Source: Phaeosaccion multiseriatum
Taxonomy: Eukaryota > Protista > Ochrophyta, other classes
Assembly: GCA_965112735.1 (NCBI GenBank)
Contig: OZ218955.1
Location: forward strand, 3,410,001 to 3,474,000
Length of the DNA: 64,000 nucleotides
Direction: 5' to 3'
In this document: piece after piece, positions 13,080 to 29,999 of the stretch
How the letters are laid out: every line of letters starts with the position of its first letter
Numbering within the stretch: the stretch's first letter is position 1
Notes under the pieces: model-generated
Seen by the model: the letters and a program-made list of their open reading frames with translations, nothing else
Told to the model about the DNA's origin: nothing
Databases searched by the model: none
Translations under genes and position numbers: made by a program

Positions 13080-13740
13080 GGGGAGCAGGCCGTCGTCTGC
13101 GCATCGGTGTACGCAAGTCGTGTCTTTCTGATGCCTTCTACGGTGGAGGACTTTTGTCTGAGGAGGGCGAGGATTCCATCTAGGCTGTGGCTGCTGCCTC
13201 CTTTTTGTTGCGGATCGGTGGGTTTACAAGTCGTGTCCTTCTGATGCCTTAATTGCCGGAGGCAAGAGGGGACGTCATGTAGGGTTGTAGTGCACATTCA
13301 TAAGCAAGTTCCTTTACTTCTACTTCCTGTTTCCCTCTTCTCCCCCCTCTAAGTGCTGCCATACTCCAAGAAGCTAAAAGCAGAATTATTGACGTAGAGG
13401 AGGCAACCCAAGAGAACTTTATTGTGCGTGTGTTGTGTGTGTGTGCGTGCGTGTGTGTGTGCGTGTGTGTGCATGTGTGCGTGTGTGTGTGCGCGCGTGT
13501 GTGTTGTAAGTTTCAGTTTCAGTTTCAGTTTCATTTGACCCCCAATCAATGGCTCGCCCGAAAGGGTCGGCCCGCTATCTAATTTATTCGTCATGGCTAG
13601 CTATCCCCCGAGAGGCGCTAGTTTGACGAACGTGCATGTGTCAGCACTTCGACATTCGGAATAGAGAGGTCTATTTTGAGGTTGAGGGCGTACGAGATTT
13701 GGTTTAGTTGTGACGGCGCGATGTGGCACGGAGGGAGGGA

Positions 13741-13994
13741 GTCGGCTCCAGGCGAGGTTTCTCGGGCCCCCGATAAAGCAGAAGCCTGCGGCGGCCTGCG
13801 GCCGAAAGTAAGAAGCCTGCGGCTGGCCTGCGGCCAGAATCAAGTCCCCCATTTTTCTCCCAGCCTGAGAAGCCTGAAGCTTGACCACTGGCCTGCGGCC
13901 AGAAGCCTGCGCTGGCCTGCGGCCAGAAGCCCGAAGCCTGGAGGGGGCTACGGCCCAGAAGCCTAAAGCCCGATAAACCTCGCCTGGAGCCGAA
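13741..13994. mobile_element. Non-autonomous DNA transposon (MITE-like), ~254 bp
   Basis: 26-bp terminal inverted repeats at 13742-13767 and 13968-13993 (25/26 match). A direct repeat GGGAGGGA flanks it (13733-13740, 13995-14002). The interior has many AGAAGCC / GGCCTGCGGCC motifs. Confidence 0.7.
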
Positions 13995-14355
13995 GGGAGG
14001 GAAGAGTCTACGGCAAAGCGTTGGAACACAGGGTATGGCTGCGAGGGAGCTCGGAGGGGCAAGGTACAAGGCAGTCGATAGTCAGGGACGTAGCGTAAGG
14101 GAGTAATATCAGTGAGGAGCTTGGAGTGGACTGTAGGCTGTTAGGCAGCTAGAAGGAGTGGAGTTGATAAGGGGCGCCTCTGCCCGGGCTCTGTGTGTGT
14201 GTGTATATTTTTTTGGGTGTCGTGTCCAACTGTGGTTTGTATCACCAAGGTGGGTGGGTGGGTATGTCAATGGGTCCCTTCTCGGCCGCGGGGCCAAAGA
14301 ACGTTCTCACAAGTAAACAAACACATTCAAAATAAAAAAAACAAGAAGACGGACA

Positions 14356-14937
14356 ATGTCGCAAGACGTGGTGCTGGAGGTGCTCCGAGAAGAGCACCTG
14401 AGCCAAATGGCTGATATCTGCAGGGACGGTTTTGGAAGCAAACGCTTCATGGGCTGTTGTGCGATGAGCGAATCGGCGGAGAAAATGAAGAAGCGCTACA
14501 GCAAGTACCCAAGAGAGAGGTGGGAGCTCTGCGTGGTGGCCGTGGAAGGCACGACGGTTCTGGGTTTTTGCCAGCTATCGAAACAGGGACTGCCCACTTG
14601 GCCAGAGGGCCTGCACACCTGCAAGGCAGGGGAAATGTACGTGGAGCTCGTCGCGGTGGGCGCATCTGCGCGAGGCAAGGGAGTAGGCGGAAAGCTGCTG
14701 GAATGGTGTGACGAGAAGGCCAAGAACACGCCGGGCATTACCAATCTCACGCTGGAAGTGGTTGGTGGGAACCGCGCCATTGGCTTGTACGAGCGGAGGG
14801 GGTACGAGACCATTCCGCAAGACCCCGTGGACAAGTGCTGCACAGCTATGTTCGTTTGCTGCATCTTTGGAAGACCGTACGGTTGCTGTGACTCTGGATG
14901 GGGCTCTATGACGATGGTTAAGCCCATGGAAAGGTGA
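14356..14937 (+). CDS. GNAT-family acetyltransferase
   Basis: 193-aa ORF with motif A (VAVGASARGKGVGGKLL) and motif B (LEVVGGNRAIGLYERRGY), plus a Cys-rich C-terminal part. Confidence 0.9.
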   Translation: MSQDVVLEVLREEHLSQMADICRDGFGSKRFMGCCAMSESAEKMKKRYSKYPRERWELCVVAVEGTTVLGFCQLSKQGLPTWPEGLHTCKAGEMYVELVAVGASARGKGVGGKLLEWCDEKAKNTPGITNLTLEVVGGNRAIGLYERRGYETIPQDPVDKCCTAMFVCCIFGRPYGCCDSGWGSMTMVKPMER

Positions 14938-16103
14938 AATGGTCTTTGCTTTTTATATCACTGTTTTATTTGTATAAGCGCGGGATGTAACGAGATGCAG
15001 CGCGTTAGGGCAAGCGTGTTCCAGCTCAAGGCCGAGATGAAAAACGTGGGTGTCAGCATCCGGGTCCAGATGACAGGCACGTGGGTGGGTGGGTGTGAGG
15101 GTGGGGGGGCTGGATGGGTGCGTGAGTGGTCGGGTGGGTGCGTGGATGCCTTGTCCAAGTCCTCTCACTAGAGTGCGTACGTCCGCCCTCGGCCGACACG
15201 CTTTTGCTTCCCTTCGTGGCTGGCTCTTGGCCTCAGGCCGCCCTGCTCCTGCCCCTCCCTCTCTCTCTCACACACACACCTATCTTTCCCTGCTCTCTCT
15301 CTCTCTCTATACGCACACACACACACTACACTTAGTTTCTTAGGTGATTCCTATTCAGTCGATAAATGATCTCTCTACCTCCCCCACCCCTCCCTCCCTC
15401 CCTCTGCACTGCTGTGCCGTCCGTCGCTCTGTTGCACCATGCGCCAATGTGCCCCTCCTGGGACAGGCTTACAAACACACGCACGCGCACAGGCACAGCA
15501 GCAGATTCTCCGAGGGGGGAGGTCAAGCGCCCGGGGGGGCGGTGCCCGACGTGGGGGGAGGGGGAAGCCCCTCGCAAGAGCGACTCCATGGATGTCTCGT
15601 CTTCTCTGGAGGACGACAAAGAGAGTTTATGACAGCATGACGGGGTCTGGTGTCCGGCGCGGGAGAGCTTATGTATGGCAGTCTATCGATTCTCCTTAGC
15701 TTTGGACGGTCCAACCTCTCCGCCGGCCTCGCTGCCGGAGAGAGCTGGGGTCTGATTGACGGGAGCCGCAAACTTAAAATCAGTCACAAGATAGAGGGAG
15801 GTGCTCGTGTACATCTCCTCTCCCTCCGTGCCCCTCCCTCTCCTCTCTTGTCTCTGCCCCGCCCACTCTAAGTCTCGGACTACTCTATTCTCTATTTACC
15901 ACACTTTTAAGTCAATAAATTTCTCCTTTTGCCCTCCCTCGGTGTCCCTTCCCTCTTCCGGCCTCTCCCCTCTTCTCTCCCCTTCGCTCGCTCACGCTTT
16001 GCTGCCGCCAGAAAAAGGCCCTCGAGACGCTGGCGCCATCTCCTCTCGGCTGACCAGTGATGCCTCGATTGGAAATGGAGATTCTTCGAAGCCGCCGATC
16101 CCT

Positions 16104-18118
16104 CTACAGCGGAGCACCCGCTTGAGCAGGCCTTGTTGAGCTGTTCACCACCTGTATATTGAAGTAAAGGATGTAGGGAGTCAGTCTAGGGGTGTCAGGA
16201 CCGGTGGTGCCATTACTAATCAATAGACCAGTCAGGAGGCTGGCTAGCGGGGTCCAGACATACAGTTCAGCATGGTCAATCAGTCGTATAAAGTAGGTAG
16301 CTTTGGGTCGCCTTTGACCCGCTGAAGCCGCCCCCCAGTCAATTACTGAACTGACCTGAACCAAGTCTTGATAAACAATCTCGACTGGCGTACCCCATTT
16401 GCCCTCCTGGAGGATGAGGAAGGCGGAGGGGTGGGCAGAGGGCACGGGGTTGTGGTCAGGGGGGAGGGGGGGAGGGGCATAAAATGGAACGAGAAGAGGG
16501 GCGGAGACAGAGAGAGAGAGGGGGGGAGGGAGAAAAAGAGAAGGGGGGAAGGAGGAAGAGAGGAGGGAGAAAGAGGGAGGGGGAGGGAGGGAAAAGAGAG
16601 ATGCGGGAGGGAGGGAGAGAGAGAGGGGGGGTGGGGGAGGGAGAAAGAGAGAGAGATCGAGAGAGAGTGGAAACGACAGAGAGAGAGATGGGAAGAGAGA
16701 GAGCGCGAGACAGAAAGGAATAGACAGAGAGAGATGCTCTCCCACCCATGGGTTAAAGATGCGTACATCCCCACGGAAGCGATCCTTCCCACCCCCCCAA
16801 GTCGGAGAGAGTGAAACGGCATCAAGCGGTAGCAAGCAAGTGAGCCTATCTCAGACAACCCTTCGGCGTCCCCTCCATCCCTCCCTCCCTCCCTCCTCCT
16901 CCATTGCTCGTTCTGACACCAGTCATTGCACTCCCACTCTAGATAGCTCCCACCCGTGTTCAGTTTGGGAGTCACCAGCCTGTGGACTCAACTCACATTC
17001 TTCATTGCTGCCTTCTTCTTCCTGCACCCGGAGATAAATACCGTGGTTTTCACTCCCTCAGGCACCTGGCCCTTGGTGACGACAAACGCCTGTGGGTGGG
17101 TGCGGCGGGGTATGGAGCCACGACACAGATGGTGAAGAGTGAGGTAGATGCGCAACACGCGTACCTATGCCCTCCCCCCCCCCCAGGATACGTTAGAAGA
17201 GCACGGGGTGGCGCTTTGGCTGGGGGGTATTCGACTGCTTCCTTTCTTCCTTTTACGGACCTTGAACGAGGCCATTGCGTCGATGAGTGCCTGGTCTGTC
17301 TTGGCTGCACCGAATTCAATCTGCACCTTGTCCCACTCCGCCTGAGAACGAGCATGCGAGGCAAGCCCAGCGAGACAAGCCCAACCCCACCCCAGTCAAT
17401 AATCAGAGTCAGACAATGTAGAGAAACGCGCTGCTGTTTCCGGCGATAGAGCAGCGGCAAAGGCAGGCAAGATGTATTTGCCTCCCAGGTCCTTTTGTCT
17501 CCTCTCCTGGACTCACCTTGTAGGCCCTCTGCACCTTCTGGAACGCCTGCTGCCTCTCCTCCATGTCCTGGAACTCCTTCGTGGGCTCTTTCAAGTACGT
17601 GGACTCGTATTGCTGCTTTGCTTGCACAGCGGTGGGCCCCATGGAAACCGCCACTACTCCTCCTACGCACGCAGCAGTCGAGACTTGAGTGTATCGGTGG
17701 GACAGCAGCAAAGAGGGGGAGGGTAAGGGGCAAGCGGCACAGTGAAGTGAGACGTCAGTCTGCCCCCTTTGGCGATCAATACCATCGACAGTACAGATGG
17801 AGACTAGCGAGGATATGAGAAAGAGGACGATGAAGAAAAACAAAAACGTATGCACTCACTTTGCTGAAGGAATTCTCGCCGGCTGCCATCGCTTGGCGTG
17901 GATCCATCTTCCGCCTTTGCTGTGAGAGCACTGACATTCGACCGGCTTGTCGGTGCGGCTCTTGCATGAGCTGATGGGTGGCTTGTTGGTCCTGCTGTTC
18001 GTGTTGGTGGTGCTGCTGCCGTTGCACGGGGAGGCGAGGTCGTCACCACGAAGGCACTGGAAGGCGTAAGGAGGGCGGCCAACACAACCCCTGTCGCAGC
18101 TCGTACGGACGGTGCCAT
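16104..18118 (-). CDS. Nuclear-encoded thylakoid-lumen protein of unknown function (6 exons)
   Basis: Signal peptide ending PSSA|FVV, then a Ser/Thr/Ala-rich transit peptide, twin-Arg SRREFL, a hydrophobic stretch and AVQA cleavage site. Mature part: YLKEPTKEFQ...AEWDKVQIEFG...GQVPEGVKT...KWGTPVEIVYQDLVQVVNSSTRPAQAGAPL*. Confidence 0.75.
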
Positions 18119-18541
18119 GTCTTGTTGAAGAAGTCGACGTGTGAATGGGGGAAGTTGGTTCGCCACACGCCAGCTGTAGGCGCCCCCATGAAATACATTG
18201 TATCCAATTTTGAATTTTGACATTTTTTGCTCTTTTTTTTTTTTTTTTTTTTTTTTTTCACTCATAAATTCGTAGTATTATCCCCCTCCTCCCTTTTCCC
18301 TGCACCTGAAAGAGAGTGACTACCTCAACAAAAAAAACGCAAACAGGACCAGATAATTTCGTCAAAGCATTGCTTGCGCTCAGGCTTGTAGTGCTACAAC
18401 CAGTCCCCCCTCGCAAAATGCGAAAGTCGGGTCGAGAGAGTGTGTCGCCGTCCAACAAGGGAGTCTCGCCCTCACTTGCTCAGCTCATTTAGTACTTAAT
18501 CAATGCCCCCCCCGCACCTGAACCTTTTTGAGGAAGCGCTG

Positions 18542-20550
18542 TCATTCATGACTATCACTGTCACACTCTCCTTCATAAAGCTGCACAACAAAGAGCAAAG
18601 CACCCGCATCACAGAAGTCGTACCGTCCACATGAAGCGTAGAGAACCACCACGAGGAGACGGCGAGGCAAAGTAGTGTAGGCAGGCAAGAGGTGAGTAGA
18701 AGGTCAGTGCAATGCGGTGGGGCAGAGGTGCAAGCAGTAAGAGAGGGGCGAAGAGAAGACAAGAGAGCTGTGCCTGTCAGTCGACCACCCTTGAGATTGA
18801 TGTCTCGCTCCCTCCCCCGCTCCTCACTCGTCAGTCGACCGCCTTTGATCGGTCTCTCCCTCCCTCCCTCCCTCCCTCCCTCCCTCCCCTGCTCCTCAAT
18901 CCTCAGTCGACCGTCTTTGTTTCATCTCTCCCTCCCCCCCCTGCTCCTCCATCGCATGGCAATCCCCCAGAAAAGGTGTGACTAACGCCCTTAAACTCTT
19001 ACAACTGACAACCAACACTTACGTATGTCCACATCACCTCTCCGCAGTCGTTCTCTGCGGCGAGAGCGCACGGATTGGAGAAGGTCTTGCGCGTGTCCGT
19101 TGCCGCGTCCTCTGCACAGACGGGCACAAAATCTGCGGTACAGATGCGGGCGCACTCCTCCGGCTCCTCGCACTCACCCTCGTACGCCTGGGGCGGCCAG
19201 GCAACCACGCAGAGCAGTCAGGCAGCCAGGCGAGGAGGACATGAGGGCCAAACACGGCAATGGTGGGATCAAAGTCAGATAATAGACAAGCGACAGCACG
19301 CTGGCAGTGATGAGTGCTCCATCCACACGCCCTCGAGAGTCTAAAGGGGAACCTCCCCTCCCCTCCCCTCGCCTCCCTTCCCTTCCCCTCCCCTTGCCTG
19401 CCTTGCCAGTTCCCCTCCTTGGTAAGAGAAAGAGGCACACAAGTCTATAAACAGCCACCCCCCCCCCCTTCCTCCCCCCCCATCCACTGCCATCGCCGTA
19501 CTAACCAAGGTCCACTCGACGTCTCCGCATTTGTTCTCTGCGCTCAGACCACACGCATTTCCGAAGGTCCTGAACGCTCCCTCGGGGTTCACTGCGCACA
19601 GCGGTACGTACTCTAGGGTACAGAGAATTGGGCACTCGACTTCACCCCCGTCCGTACACACGGCCACGGGCGGGCAGGGGTCTTGTCCAGGGGCGCAGGG
19701 CGTGTCGAGGAGCTCACACGTCTGGCCCTCCTCGCACTTGCCAGGCTCACAGGTGTCTGCGCATACCACCACCATCACCAACCGGACAACAGAGAGGGAG
19801 GAGAGCAAAGGGAGCAGCAAGGAAACCAGTTGAGCTAGGGCATATCGTTAGGGCAGAGCAGCAGCAGCAGCAGCAGCAGCCGCAGCAGCAGCCGCAGCAG
19901 CAGTATGTCGTGCGCAAAAAGAAGGACCTGTGGCACCAGCCCATCTAGCGTACCTGCACAGTAAGGATTACCACTTCCGTCCAAAAGGCACTCCGTGAAG
20001 GGGGGGCAGCGGATAGTGGCGCATCCGGTGGGAGGGGGGGGTGTATCGACACAGACAGCCACGGGAGGGCAGGGCTCTTGGAAACATTGCACCTGCAGAT
20101 CGGGAGAGAAGGGGGGGGGGGTGGTGGGGGGTGAGTGGGTGAGAGAGAGAATGCGAGGAGAACGCAGAGACGGAGAGAAAGGGGACGGAGAGAGAAGGCG
20201 TGTGAGAGAGAAAGGGAGAGTGAGTGAGAGGGAGACACACAAAGGAAAAATATGGAAAGACTGCAGTACTTGAGTGCAAGAGCCCTCTGCGATTGGAGGA
20301 GTACTCAAGGCCCGAGGGGGTGGAAGGGAGGGGCGGACAAGAGGAAGATAGAGCTATGAGTCTGAAGGGAAATTTGCGTGGATGAGAGGGCGTATGGCAG
20401 CAACTAACGTACCTCTTGAAGTTCACACGTCTCGCCCTCCTCGCACCTCCCAGGCTCACACGTGTCTGCTTGGAGGAGTCCCCACCATCACGCAGAAGGC
20501 AGGAGGAGGGTCAGTAAGGCGTGTGAGCAGTCCATTGAGGACGGGCAGGT

Positions 20551-20637
<87 letters not shown>

Positions 20638-22209
20638 GGGCGAGGCACGAACCTGCACAGTAAGGATCTCCCTCTCGGTCTTCCAAGCACTCCTGGAAGG
20701 GGCCGCAGCGGATAGTGGCGCATCCGGTGGGAGTGGGAGAGCATGTGGCCACGGGGGGGCACGGGTAGACCCCCGGGGCGCACGGCGTGGGGAGGAGCTC
20801 ACACGTCTCGCCCTCCTCGCACGTCCCATCAGCACAAGTGTCTGAGCCGAAGCAGCACCAGCAGGGAACAAGGGAGTAGCGGGAAGAAGAGAGGGATAGA
20901 TAGGCAGGGCAGTCGAGTCAGGGCACAGCAGTAGCTGTAGCAGTAGCAGTAACAGCAGTAGTTGTAGTAGTAGTAGCAGCAGCAGCCAGGAGGCGAGGCG
21001 AGAAGGACGCGCAGGAGGACACATGAAGTGCGACAATCCTTCAAGCACCAACCTGCACAGTAACCATTTCCGTCTCGGTCTACCAAGCACTCCTGGAAGG
21101 GTCCGCAGCGGACGGTCGTGCACCCGGTGGGAGGGGGGGGCGGCGCGACACAGACAGCCAAGGGAGGGCAAGGGGCGCGGACGCATTGCACCTGCAGACA
21201 GCGACAGATAGTAGGAGAACGACGAAGGGAAGGGTGGAAGGGAGGGGGAGTCAGGAAGAGAGGACACAGCCAGGAGCTCTACTTGAAGCACTATCAGAGC
21301 ACTGCTGAGCCCTCGGCGATGGATGACGCACCTCTTGGAGCTCGCAGACTTCCCCCTGCTCCTCGTCGCATCGCGAAGGGTCACATAGGTCCGCACAGTA
21401 CTCCTCCCGTGATGTTCCTCCTTCTTCCTCGTACACGAGACACTCTTGGAAAGGCTTGCACTTTGTATCTGTGCACTCATCAGGTGTAGAGCTGCACCCT
21501 TCGTGAAGCGCAGCCAAGTCTTCTTCGCTCAGCGAGGACCACAGCTGGGGGGAGGAGCAGGAGTTGATGCGATAGTCCGACCACACGTCTCCGGAGATGA
21601 AGAAGACGTATCTGGGGAAGCAGGGGGAAGCAATAGGAGGCTGGCGTTAGAGATGTGTCAGAGGAAGTGGGAGAGGAGCTGCCTCTGAGCACAGGCCGGG
21701 CGTGGGGTAACTAACATCCAAGAGAAGCTTATGGTTGAACTTACTCCTCGAGGTTCTCCTCGTCGAAGGGCAAGTCCACCCCACAAGCCGCACTGCTCTC
21801 ATTCGCCGTGACGATGATGAAGCGTTTTACCTCCTTGCCATTGAACACGTGAGTCACAAAAACGCCGTAGAGAATGGAAGCATTGTTCAAGGAAATCGTC
21901 CTAAGCTCATCTTCGCCCAGGAAGGAGGGAGTTTCGTCGAGGAAGCGAGTCTTGGCAAAGACTGTACCCTTCAGCACCACATCTGCAAAGGGGTGAAGAC
22001 CAAGGGAGGGGCGTGAGCGGAGAAGGGGGGATAATGAGTAACAGTGGGAAAGGCTCTTTTATTGAAGTGGGGAACGGCTTCTCCTTTTTCTTCCTGCGCT
22101 TGCCTGCTCTTTGGAAGGTCTCGCAAAACGTTGACTGTAAGCAGCTACACCCACTGGAGAAGGGTACGAGGATCAGCCCCGCGAGCACCCTCAAGAAGAA
22201 GTCCTTCAT
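18542..22209 (-). CDS. Secreted TIMP/NTR-like + Cys-rich repeats + 2 Kazal domains, copy 1
   Basis: Signal MKDFFLRVLAGLILVPFSSG then CSCLQSTFCETFQRADVVLKG...SSAACGVDL...YVFFISG...INSC. Next come Cys-rich repeats (CATIRCGPFQECL...PYCADTC) and Kazal motifs CTLEYVPLC...TFGNAC and CTADFVPVC...TFSNPC. The last exon is LYEGECDSDSHE*. Confidence 0.8.
20551..20637. repeat. (CAGA)n microsatellite in copy-1 intron
   Basis: Direct inspection. Confidence 0.95.
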
Positions 22210-22559
22210 TTCTATTACCGTCGCGCGGTTGTGAGGATTGTGAGACTGAGCACCAAAAGTACGGCAAAGAGTATCCCGTGCCGCCTGATCGAAGGGTGCT
22301 TGGATGTACACGGCAAAAGAACACCCCCTGCGAAGGGTGCTTGATGATACAAGAATTAACGTGATGGGCTCATTCGGTCTCCAAATGGCGAACTGAGCAT
22401 CGCCAACGCGTTAACGTCCTTCTGAAACCGTGAATCTTTAGACTTTGTACAGTTGTACAAACTCCTTATTAGCTCCTTAGACAAGCCATTGTTTATTGCA
22501 CTGGTTTATTCAGTCTCCGAATGGCGAACTGAGCATCGCCAACACGTTAACTTCCCTTC

Positions 22560-23300
22560 TGGAACCGTGAATCCTTAGACAAACAAAAGAGTATCCCGTG
22601 CCGTCGGATCGAAGGGGGGGTGCTTGGATGTCACAACAAAACAGCACCCCCTGCCGGTCTGAATTAGTGCTATGCACAAGTCTCTCGGGTGGCACTGTTT
22701 TGTTTATTCGTTTATTCGATCTCCAAATGGTGAACGCGTTCTTAACTTCCTTCTGATACCATGAACCCTTTTTGCTCCTTTATTCGCTCCCCCGACGTGC
22801 TGCCGGCGTCAGCTGGGCCTTCACTGGAAGACACGCTCGCTAGCACATCAGGGCTAGACTTTGTAAGGCAGCCCATCCTTCACATCTTCGATCTTGAGAG
22901 GTTTTGACTTTGTTCAGATCCGGCGGGAAAAGAGAGAGAGGGAGAAGACCGAAGCTCCTTAGCGTTCTTGTGCGCCCCTTACGGCATCAATATGTCACAA
23001 ATAAACGCTCTTAGATTTACATCTCTCTTCTTTCCCTTCGGTGTGCCCTCTCGATGCCGCTGCTGCTGGCAGTCAATGGCACAGTCAGAGGGCGCACACA
23101 GCCAAAGCTCGTTCTTGGAGCTGCCTTTATAATTGCCATCCTCGTTGACCCTCTTCATCCTCCTCTTGCAGCACTTTCCCTTCTTCTTGCTCGTCGATCA
23201 ATCATGTAATAAGTAATTCCTCTTAGACCTATATTGCTTCTTTCCTTCGATGTGCCCTTTGCTTCGGTGCCAGTCAGTCAGTAGTGGCACACGGCACAGT
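22560..23300. repeat. Intergenic spacer duplicated at ~29200-29950 (part of the tandem segmental duplication)
   Basis: Shared long strings, e.g. CCGGTCTGAATTAGTGCTAT...CACATCTTCGATCTTGAGAGGTTTTGACTTTGTTCAGATCCGGCGGG, occur in both spacers. Confidence 0.9.
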
Positions 23301-23354
23301 CAGTAGTGGCACACGGCACACACAAATACTCGTTGGCTCGTTCGTGGAGCTGCC

Positions 23355-29187
<5,833 letters not shown>

Positions 29188-29999
29188 TTGAACTTCCCTT
29201 CTTTATTAAACCGTGATTCCTTTTTTAGACAAACAAACGAGCAAGCAAAAAGAGTTTTTGCCGTCGGATCGAAGGGGAGGTGCTGGAGGGGATGTAACAG
29301 CAAAACAACACCCCCTGCCGGTCTGAATTAGTGCTATTGCACAAGTCTCTCGGGTGGCACTGTTTTGTTTATTCGTTTATTCGATCTCCAAATGGTGAAC
29401 TGAGCATCGCCAACGCGTTCTTAACTTCCTTCTATTTTCCCATGAACCCTTTTTGCTCCTTTATTCGCTCCCCCGACGTGCTGCCGGCGTTAGCTGGGCC
29501 TTCACTTGAAGACACGCTCGCTAGCACACCAGGGCTAGACTTGTAAGGCAGCCCATCCTTCACATCTTCGATCTTGAGAGGTTTTGACTTTGTTCAGATC
29601 CGGCGGGGAAAAAAGAGAGAGGGAGAAGACCGAAGCTCCTTAGCGTTCCCCTTATGCCATCAATTATGTCACAAATAAACGCTCTTAGATTTACATCTCT
29701 TCTTTCCCTTCGGTGTGCCTTCTCGATGCCGCTGGCAGTCAATGGCACAGTCAGAGGGCGCACACAGCCACAAAGCTCGTTCTTGGAGCTGCCTTTATAA
29801 TTGCCATCCTCATTGACCCTCTTCATCCTCCTCTTGCAGCACTTTCTCTGCTTCTTGCTCGTCGATCAATCATGTACTAAGTAATTCCTCTTAACCTATA
29901 TTGCTTCTTTCCTTCGATGTGCCCTTTGCTTCGGTGCCATTCAGTCAGTAGTGACACGGGGCACACACAAATGCTCGTTGGCTCGTTCGTGGAGCTGCC

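Noticed and set aside
13077-13300. TGA readthrough/SECIS after the CBM genes
   Set aside because: Both paralogs end at the same domain boundary and no convincing SECIS core was found.
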